Source: Spirochaetota bacterium (lineage in GTDB: Bacteria > Spirochaetota > Spirochaetia > Treponematales > Rectinemataceae). Taken from it: a stretch of 52,043 nucleotides of DNA. The position numbers and the translations under genes were made by a program. A model generated the notes under the pieces. The model searched no databases. It had not been told where the DNA came from and was given only the letters and a program-made list of their open reading frames with translations. The stretch covers positions 1 through 52,043 of the forward strand of contig VKGY01000014.1 of the NCBI GenBank assembly GCA_008080685.1. The letters are read 5' to 3'. Positions within the stretch are counted from its first letter, which is position 1. Every line of letters begins with the position of its first letter. Shown in pieces: positions 1 to 7,500 of the stretch.

Positions 1-323
1 ATCAGGCTTCGAATTTCAAAAAGCTCCGAGGGCCTGAATGTCTCGTCCAGGCTTCCCACCGAGGCGATGAGGCCCGAGATGGCTTTGGTCCCTAGGCCCG
101 CTACGATGGTCCCCTTCTGGGGCAGGGTTTCTATCAGGCCGTAATGCTCCAGCTTGGCTAGCGCCTTGCGGACATACCCCCGGCTCACGCCCAGGTCGGC
201 GCAGAGCGACCGCTCGGAAGGCAGCTTTGTCCCCGCCTTGAGGGCCCCTCCCACGATCTGGTCCCTGAGGTAGTTGAGCACGACTAGGTCGTCGCCGACT
301 CCGTCGCTTCTCCTGCCGTTCAT
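1..323 (-). CDS. GntR-family transcriptional regulator, N-terminal wHTH part (gene runs off the window start)
   Basis: Own translation of the minus strand from ATG at 323-321 gives MNGRRSDGVGDDLVVLNYLRDQIVGGALKAGTKLPSERSLCADLGVSRGYVRKALAKLEHYGLIETLPQKGTIVAG... This is the classic GntR winged-helix signature (LPSER.L...LGVSR..VR.AL..L...GLI). It is missing from the ORF track because it is open at the window edge. Confidence 0.8.
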   Translation of the reverse strand, partial: MNGRRSDGVGDDLVVLNYLRDQIVGGALKAGTKLPSERSLCADLGVSRGYVRKALAKLEHYGLIETLPQKGTIVAGLGTKAISGLIASVGSLDETFRPSELFEIRSL

Positions 324-336
324 CCTTGCCGCCTCT

Positions 337-374
337 CGCGCCCTTGTCCGGCCGCGCCCTTGTCCGGCCGCGCC
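337..374. repeat. Tandem direct repeat, 16 bp x 2.4 (CGCGCCCTTGTCCGGC)
   Basis: CGCGCCCTTGTCCGGC occurs at 337-352 and again at 353-368, followed by a partial CGCGCC at 369-374. It lies 14 nt upstream of the GntR start codon. Confidence 0.9.
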
Positions 375-393
375 GGCATTAGGATGCGCCACC

Positions 394-418
394 CTGGTTA
401 CCAATAGTGGTTAACCAG
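394..418. promoter_or_regulatory. Near-palindromic candidate GntR operator (CTGGTTACCA-ATAG-TGGTTAACCAG)
   Basis: The arms CTGGTTACCA and TGGTTAACCAG are near reverse complements of each other. The site sits ~70 nt upstream of the GntR gene at 1-323. GntR-family operators are typically short palindromes with GT..AC cores. Confidence 0.4.
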
Positions 419-503
419 TTATAGAGTATTCACCCAATAGGCGAATTTGTCAAATGAAATTTTCGCCTGAGGGCGGAAGGCGGGTAGGGCAAGTAAGAAT
501 ACG

Positions 504-536
504 GACATGATAACAGGATGATCAGGATCTACAGGA
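504..536 (+). repeat. Dispersed intergenic repeat, copy 1 (GACATGATAAC..GATGATCAGGATCTACAGGA)
   Basis: Shares the consensus GACAnGATAAC-rATGAT(TTT)-CAGGATCyACAGG with copies at 662-692, 781-816 (reverse) and 32024-32076, and with a partial copy at 20590-20603 (reverse). Confidence 0.7.
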
Positions 537-661
537 GCGCCCACCCCAAGGTCTCGCTAAATCAGGAAGCTGCCGCCGCCGCATAGAGCCATCTCCAGCC
601 TGCACAGGTTGTCTTTCGCTATCGTGAGATCTTTCGTTCCACCGCCTTAGGGTAGTGGTGA

Positions 662-692
662 GACATGATAACGATGATTTTCAGGAAGATCT
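662..692 (+). repeat. Dispersed intergenic repeat, copy 2
   Basis: GACATGATAACGATGATTTTCAGGAAGATCT aligns with copies 1, 3 and 4. Confidence 0.7.
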
Positions 693-780
693 AAAAGCGC
701 GGCGGGGGTACAGGCCGTTGTCGGAATTTTTCCTAGATTGAAGGCAGGGTGAGTCGGGGGGTGCTAGGCAGGGCCTGCCG

Positions 781-816
781 ATCCTGCCGATCCTGTGGAT
801 CATCGTTATCCTTGTC
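781..816 (-). repeat. Dispersed intergenic repeat, copy 3 (reverse orientation)
   Basis: The reverse complement reads GACAAGGATAACGATGATCCACAGGATCGGCAGGAT. The copy lies just downstream of the MATE stop codon. Confidence 0.65.
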
Positions 817-845
817 TTATTATCCTGCAAGATCACCCCGGGAGA

Positions 846-2192
846 TCATTCCCGGCCGAGGCGGCGGACCTCGCGGACAAGGAGGGTGCCGGTGACGGCG
901 GAGGAGAGAAGGTCGGCGAGGGGGTAGGATATCCAGACCCCATCCAGGCCGAAGAAACGGGGAAGGATAAGGATGAGAGGGATGAGGATGAAGAACTGAC
1001 GCGAAAGCCCAAGGACCACCGACTCCGTGGCCTTGCCGATGGCTTGGAAATAGGTTGCGCCGGCGATCTGGATCGCCGCCAAGGGAATGAACATCACCAA
1101 AATCCGAAGCACCTTGGCGCTTGAGTCGACCAGGGCGACGTCGGAAGTGAAAAGGCCCATGCCAACCCGGGGCAGAAGCATCATGAAGGCGTAGCCCACC
1201 CCGGCCAGTCCTGTGGCGGTGAAGATAGTAGTCCTTAGGGCGACCTTTACCCGGTCGTACCGCTTCGCGCCGTAGTTGTAGCCCGCGATGGGTTGGAAAC
1301 CCTGGACAATGCCAATGACGGGCAAGATCACGATCATGTTGAGCCTATGGATCATGCCGAAGGTAGTGATCGCCGGGTCCCCGCCGTAACGGCTCAGGGA
1401 AGTATTCACCAGCAGCATGAGAAGGCTCATGCCTGCGGACTGAATGAAGGCGGGAGTGCCCAAGAGAAAACTCTGGCCTAGGATCCTTGGCCTTATGCGG
1501 AATTCAGAAACCAATAAAGGGACAACCGTCTTTCCCCGCCCATAGAGCGAGAAGAGATAGGCTACCGATGCCACCTGGCTGATCACCGTGGCGATCGCCG
1601 CCCCCCTAACTCCCATGCCGAAGCCGAAGATGAAAATTGGATCCAGGATGGTGTTGAGACCAGCGCCCAGGAGCATACCCTTCATCGATGCCTTGGTGTT
1701 CCCCTCAGCTCGGACCAGGTTGGAGGCACACATGGAAAGGGCGAAAAAAAAGAATCCTGCGCCGACAATGCCCAAATACTCCATGGCGATGGGCATGATC
1801 TCCTGGCTTGCGCCGAAAAACGAAAGGATGGGCCTCATGAAGGCGAACAGAAGGGCCACCAGGATAGCGTTCACCAGGATGACCGTGGCGTAGGCAGTGC
1901 CCACAGCCCTCGCCGCGTCGGCGTGGCGCTTTTCCCCCAGCCGCCTGGAGACGATGGAAGCAGTGCCGATGCCCGTGGCCTGAGCCACGGAAGAGACTAT
2001 CATCTGGATGGGAAAGACTATCGACAAGGCGGCGATGGCCAGGGGCCCCACCCCCTGGCCGACGAAAATCGTGTCCACGATGTTGTACAGGGCGTTGACC
2101 ATCATGCCAACCGCGGCAGGGGCGCCCATCTTTATCAGCAGGGGGAATACTCTATCGTTTTCCAGGTAGGTGGTTCTATGGGAAGTGTCCAC
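846..2192 (-). CDS. MATE-family multidrug/toxin efflux transporter
   Basis: The ORF-track protein carries the typical MATE N-terminus, LLIKMGAPAAVGMMVNALYNIVDTIFVGQGVGPLAIAAL, and about 12 hydrophobic segments. The track ORF reaches 2411, but its first 73 codons are Gly/Arg-rich and overlap the TspO-like gene. I place the start at GTG 2192 (VDTSHRTTYLENDRVFPLLIK...). ATG 2129 is the alternative. Confidence 0.8.
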   Translation of the reverse strand: MDTSHRTTYLENDRVFPLLIKMGAPAAVGMMVNALYNIVDTIFVGQGVGPLAIAALSIVFPIQMIVSSVAQATGIGTASIVSRRLGEKRHADAARAVGTAYATVILVNAILVALLFAFMRPILSFFGASQEIMPIAMEYLGIVGAGFFFFALSMCASNLVRAEGNTKASMKGMLLGAGLNTILDPIFIFGFGMGVRGAAIATVISQVASVAYLFSLYGRGKTVVPLLVSEFRIRPRILGQSFLLGTPAFIQSAGMSLLMLLVNTSLSRYGGDPAITTFGMIHRLNMIVILPVIGIVQGFQPIAGYNYGAKRYDRVKVALRTTIFTATGLAGVGYAFMMLLPRVGMGLFTSDVALVDSSAKVLRILVMFIPLAAIQIAGATYFQAIGKATESVVLGLSRQFFILIPLILILPRFFGLDGVWISYPLADLLSSAVTGTLLVREVRRLGRE

Positions 2193-2959
2193 CCGGGTAT
2201 ATGCCCCGCCGCGCCCGCCACCAGAACCTCCGAGTCCCCGCCCGAGCCGGCGACCTGTAGCCGCTTGAGCACGATTCCCGCATAGGCCCAGACTACCACC
2301 AAGGGCGCGGCTACCTGGCGCTTCCACACAGAGAAGCCCAGCGCCACCGCCAACCCCGCGACGATCACAACCACAGTCCAAAACCCCTCGGAAAGCCCAA
2401 ACCCACCCCACCCCAGCTTCACTAAAAGGGCGGTGGCGTTCGCGATAGTCGCCACTGAAATCCAGCCCAGGTAGACCCGCAAAGGCACGGTGAGGGAAAA
2501 AGCCCTTGCCTTGGAAACCCCCGCAGAGGGATCAAGGACGCCGCCCGAGGAAAGCTTGGCTTGGTTCGCCTGCTCAAGGGCGATGAGGGTGGCCAGTATA
2601 CATAGCATCAAAACCATGGCAAGGCCCACGAGCCGCCAATGCCACGCGAAGATCCAAAGCACGTTGGCCGCCATGCTGAGGATGAAAAGCGTCCCGTCCC
2701 TGACAGTCCAGGCTGACCCTTGCCGACTCCCGAAAGCTTCCCGGATTATGGCCGCCGAGTACCCCGCCAGAAGAAGATAGATCAAACCCCAGATGGAAAA
2801 CGTGAGTCCCGCGGGCACAAATAGATTGGGAATTTCGTCCGAAAGCTGCCCCGTGTTCACCCCGTTGAGAGGCAAGGCATTGGCCAGACCGTTTATCGCC
2901 ACTACCACCAGAAAACCCAAGACCGCGATTATCGCAAGACCTTTTAAAACCCCTGCCAT
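2135..2959 (-). CDS. TspO/MBR-like tryptophan-rich membrane protein (long form)
   Basis: 274 aa with multiple TM segments. The motif LSDEIPNLFVPAGLTFSIWGLIYLLL and Trp-rich helices (ANVLWIFAWHWR) resemble the TspO/MBR family. This is assigned by eye only. Confidence 0.5.
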   Translation of the reverse strand: MAGVLKGLAIIAVLGFLVVVAINGLANALPLNGVNTGQLSDEIPNLFVPAGLTFSIWGLIYLLLAGYSAAIIREAFGSRQGSAWTVRDGTLFILSMAANVLWIFAWHWRLVGLAMVLMLCILATLIALEQANQAKLSSGGVLDPSAGVSKARAFSLTVPLRVYLGWISVATIANATALLVKLGWGGFGLSEGFWTVVVIVAGLAVALGFSVWKRQVAAPLVVVWAYAGIVLKRLQVAGSGGDSEVLVAGAAGHIPGWTLPIEPPTWKTIEYSPC

Positions 2960-3061
2960 GCCATTCCTCCAGGTTACTATATCTTATCTAACAAATGTAC
3001 CGAACTTTTGGGGACCGGACAACGAAAGGGGCGCGGAAACGGCAGCTCAGGCGCTTGGAGT

Positions 3062-3925
3062 TCAGGGCAGAAAAATCGCGTTGGCCGGATCGATCAGGGC
3101 ATAAACCTTCGCGCCCTCCTCGAAAACCGGAACGCCCGGATCGAAGGCTTGTTCGGCGGAAATCAAACCCAAGGAGCCCAGGTCGAGCTCATGCTCGACA
3201 TGGCAACCGATTAAATCCGCCACGAAAAGAGAACTTGGGTTGGCGTAGATTTCCTTCGGCGCGCCCACCTGCTCCACCTTGCCCTTATTCATCACCACCA
3301 CCCTGTCGGCCATGGTCAAAGCCTCGGCCTGGTCATGGGTCACGTAGAGGCAGGTGATTCCCAGCTTTTTCTGGATCTTGCGGATTTCCGTGCGCATGTG
3401 GATGCGCAGCTTGGCATCCAGGTTGGAAAGAGGCCCGTCCATGAGCAGCAGGGTTGGCTCCATTACAAGGACCCTGGCCAAGGCAACGCGCTGTTGTTCG
3501 CCCTCGGAAAGCTGGTTGGGAAACCTATGCCCCGTGGCGCCCAAACCCACCAGGTCCAGGGCTTTCTTGACTTTCGGCCAGATGGCCTCGTCCTTTTCGC
3601 CCCGAGACTTGAGGCCGTAGGCCACATTCTGGTCCACGCTCATGTGCGGGAATAAGGCGTAATTCTGAAATACAAATCCAATGCCCCGCTTGTTCACCGG
3701 CACCCTCGTCATATCCGCGCCTTGGATCGTCACGTTGCCCTGGCTAGGAAGCTCGAAGCCCACAACCGTGCCCGGCAGGGCGTAGTTGAGGAGGGCGGGG
3801 AATTCCAGGATCCGGCGGCAATGAAGACGGTGAGCCCCCAGAGTAGCCTGGCGAACTCCTACCTGGCCCCGCTTTTCCCCGTAACCATGACATAGCTTTT
3901 CTTTCCCACCGCGCAGATCGTACAT
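3062..3925 (-). pseudogene. Degenerate ABC importer ATPase (PotA/FbpC-like) with all catalytic motifs damaged
   Basis: The body is clearly an ABC ATPase (GIGFVFQNYALFPHMSVDQNVAYGL; ITCLYVTHDQAEAL). No Walker A (GxxGxGKS/T) is present, and HCRRILEFPALLNYALPG stands where it should be. The signature LSGGQ reads LSEGE, and Walker B/catalytic DE reads LLLMDGP. Confidence 0.7.
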
Positions 3926-4369
3926 CCCGGTGATTTGCAGATAGGCCTGGGTGGGCAGAACCAGAAAAGTATGGCCCCCAGAATGAGGGGCGTGGCGAAG
4001 TCAGCGAGGCTTAAGCCGAAAAGCAGGAGGATGACGTTGGCGATGCCGGGAATGGAAAGAGGCACGGTTACCGTTCGGAACATCCTGCCCGCCGAGGCCC
4101 CCTAAGGAGAGCGCCGCATCGGCTAGGCTGGCGTTCGAGCAGTTAGTTAGCCCTGCCCCCCCGGTGCTATAGTCGTTCCCATGGCAAATGCGGATACGCG
4201 CGCGGCCATTGCAGACAACGCCGCGAAGGCTGTGATGGGCAAAAGGAAAGCCCTGGCAAAAAGCATGGGCGGCTCCTTTAGGCGCATCCAGTGCACCCCG
4301 GAGCTCCCGCCTTCGGACGTAATGGGCTTCTCGGTTAACAACCAGAAATCCGGAACCTTTGTTTTCCAC
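3926..4369 (-). pseudogene. C-terminal remnant of the cognate ABC permease, frameshifted and 5'-truncated
   Basis: The frame of ORF 4001-4369 gives an EAA-loop-like ...NASLADAALSLGGLGGQ. After a 1-nt shift near 4083-4090 the reading continues in ORF 3859-4083 as MFRTVTVPLSIPGIANVILLLFGLSLADFATPLILG. Only about the last 130 aa of a permease are present, and nothing permease-like lies upstream before the 4560 gene. Confidence 0.6.
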
Positions 4370-4559
4370 CCCAGCCCGGTGATTCCCTACATCCTCCTGG
4401 CCGACAAGATCAACCGCACCATCCCCAGAGAATCAGCCCTGGCGCGCGCCGGGGGGAAGAAAATTGCGCAAGAGAACCTTCCTCGCCAAGAAATTCAACG
4501 AGAAATTCTAGAAGAAAACTTCGGTTCCTCGATAAGCTGAGCCGGGGTATACTCTCCCC

Positions 4560-7500
4560 ATGGCACTGGAAACAAAGGCCGCTTCGGCCAAGGCGATCCG
4601 CTTCAATACCTGGGAGGCGATCCAAGCCCAGCTGGAAAAAATCCGGCTGTGCGAGACCGAAGAGGGCAAGATCGAGTCCCTCATCGAACTCCTGGTCCAT
4701 TTGCGCCTCCTAGGCCAGGACCCCTGCATCCTCGACCAGCGGAACGCAAAAGGGGATATCGAAACCCTCTACGCCCAGATAGAGGCGGGCACCCGCGCCA
4801 TGCTCGACGCAGTGCGCAACCCTCAGGACCGCTTTATCTACTACGCCCGGGAAGTGATCAAGAAGCTTCCTGTCCGGCAGGGCGCCGAGGAAATGATAGA
4901 GCGCATCCGCGCCGACGCGGAAGCCTTCGAAGAAAGCAGGACAGAGGAAGACCCCTTGAGGTGCTTCGCCGGGGACCTGCGGAAAGAGGTCCACCGCAGG
5001 CTTTCGCCCCGGATCATAATGGCCTTCCTGGAGCCCTACATCGCCCTGGCGGTGCGGGGCGACCCCGAGCCGATGGTCAAAGCAGGCTACGTAGCCTTGC
5101 CCGCCCGCTTCGATCCTGCAGAGGAAGCCTCTTACTTCATCGACCTCGCCCAAGACCTCCTCAAGCGCCTCTCCTACCTCTGGGACTACGAATCCGGCGA
5201 CCTGGCCTCCGTCAAAAAAGGCCTGGCGGACAACCTCGACCTCTTCGAGCGCTGCTTCCTTAGGGCCGAGGTGGAGGGCTTCCTGGAACTCCTCACACCG
5301 GAAAACCTGAAAAAGACCCACCTCATCTTCGACCACCTCAAGCGCCTTGCAAGCTTCAAGCACTTCCTCAAGGAATCCTACCGGGAAGGCAGGATAGGCC
5401 TCTACGACCTCATCCTTGTGGACTTGGCCATAGGCCGCTTGGTTTTCCTCCTCGCCAACGACCTGACCAATGACCGATTCGCCGCCGTGACCCCGCGCAA
5501 CATTAGGGACGCCTTGGCCGTAATACTAGAACTCCTCAATATTTCCAGCATCAAGGGACTCTCGATCCGCGATGTCCAAAGACTCCAGTCTGACCTGGAA
5601 GCCCTGATCCGCTCCTCCACCTACGACTTCATCCGCACCAAGAGATGCCTGGGCGCCATCGGCCGGGAACTCCAGAGCTACCTCCAGGCGGACATCATCG
5701 ACGCCATGAGCGGCACCCTCAACCGCGCCCTGGAGACCTATGAGGCGCCGACCTCCAAGCTTTCCCAGATCAAGACCAGGTTTTTCAACAATTTCATCCG
5801 CCGGACCCAGATCCATGTCTTGAGCGAATTCACCGAGAAAGTCGCCTCGGCGGTGGATCGGGAGTTGGAGCGCCAGCGCCAGGAACGCCAGCTCCATTCC
5901 TGCCTGTCCCTGGCCGGGGATGAGGCCTGCGTCGAAGGCTTGGACACCCAGAACCTGGTGGCAGCCACTTGGAAGGACGTAGACCCCAAGGCCAGGGAGT
6001 ATTTCGGCGGCAAGGGAAACTCCATCCTCGACATGGCACAGCTCGGCCTGAATGTCCCTCCGGCCTTCATCCTGGGCTACCCCCTGTTTTCGCGCTTCGC
6101 CGATCCGAGGTTATCCAAGGACTTCGAAGCGCTAGTCTTCTCCCAGGTCGAAGAACTGGGGCGCCGGACCGGCCGGATCCTGGGAGACCCTGAAAGGCCC
6201 CTCATCGTATCCGTCCGCTCCGGAGCCCCCACCTCCATGCCCGGCGTCATGGCCACCATCCTCAACGTAGGCCTCACCCCCGAGGTGCGAAAGGCGCTGG
6301 AAAAACGCCGGGACCCGGCCCTCATCGAAGCCCTCTACGCGCGGTTTTTGGAGAATTGCCGCTCCGCCCTCGCGCTGAGATCCGAGGGCGACCAAGACGC
6401 CGAGGCCTTCTTCAGCCCCGAGTTTCTCACCGATCCCAAGTCCCAGCTTCTGGGCTGCATCCGCCTAGTCTACGAATCCCGGGGGTCCTTGGCGGTCAAG
6501 GCCTATTCCCAAACCTTGGCCACGGACGTGCGGGCCGAAACCGCCGTGACCGTCCAGCGCCTGGTCTTTGGCAATCTCAACGCCCGGTCCCTCTCCGGCG
6601 TCCTCATAACCAGGAACCCCATCACAGGGGAGGACGAGCTTTTCGGAGAGTTCAAGCGCCAAGCCCAGGGCGAGGAAGTGGTCATGGGAAGCGCCAACTG
6701 CCTGCCCATCGCGGCTATAGATCCCGAGATCGCCGCAAGCCTCGAACGCTGCAAGGCTATCCTAATCGCCAAATACCGCCAAGACTTGGACATCGAGTTC
6801 ACCGTGGAAGACGGGACCCTCTACCTCCTCCAAGCCCGGGCCGCCCGCCTCGGCGCCTTCGCGCACCTAGTGGCAGACACGGATCTCCTGTCCCGGGGCG
6901 TTCTGGATCTGGAGGAATACCGGGAGCGGCTGGATAGGCTTGAGATGGCTCACGGATCGGCCGCCCTTCCCCGGGCCGACTTCGGCGCCCGCCTTTGGAA
7001 TCCCCCCATCACCCGAGGGGTTCCCATCAACTCCGGCGTCGTATCCGGCACCCTGGTCTTGAGCCTGGAACGGCTCAAGGAAGCGGAAAATCGAAGGGAG
7101 AGCGTTGTATTCTTCGCCCATACCACCAAGCCCACGGACTTCGCCATCATGAACGGAGCCCATGCCATCGTCACGGTTTACCCAGGCCGGACCTCCCATG
7201 CGGCCATCACCGCTATGGCCATGAACAAACCCTGCATCGTGGGCTGCGCCGACGCCCACATCGACTACGAGAGGCGCCTGATCATCTTCGGGGATTCGGA
7301 AGGGGCGATAATCCACGAGGGCGAGCGTGTCACCGCGGACGGCAACACCGGAGCGGTCTACCGGGGGGTGGCCCCCATTTCCGAAACCTTCCTACCCATC
7401 GCGATGGTGAGCGCCGCAGTCCACCGAGCCACGTCCCCGGAAGAAGCGGTCGTTAAGGTTCGCGGCCTGATAGAATCCAAGAAGGCCATCGTGGACCGGG

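Noticed and set aside
480-830. Cluster of DnaA-box-like and GATC motifs as a replication origin.
   Set aside because: All boxes deviate from TTATCCACA at 2-3 positions. No dnaA, dnaN, gidA or parAB genes and no AT-rich unwinding element are adjacent. The same repeat recurs at 32 kb. A dispersed repeat family explains it better.
2193-2411. Gly/Arg-rich N-terminal extension of the MATE ORF, and similar extensions of the MBL (27621-27800), GH31 (43366-43464), DctM (48526-48564) and SBP (46284-46361) ORFs.
   Set aside because: The extensions overlap upstream genes or RBS sequences. They lack hydrophobic or signal features, and each has a better internal start with a GGAGG-type RBS or an ATGA stop-start overlap.
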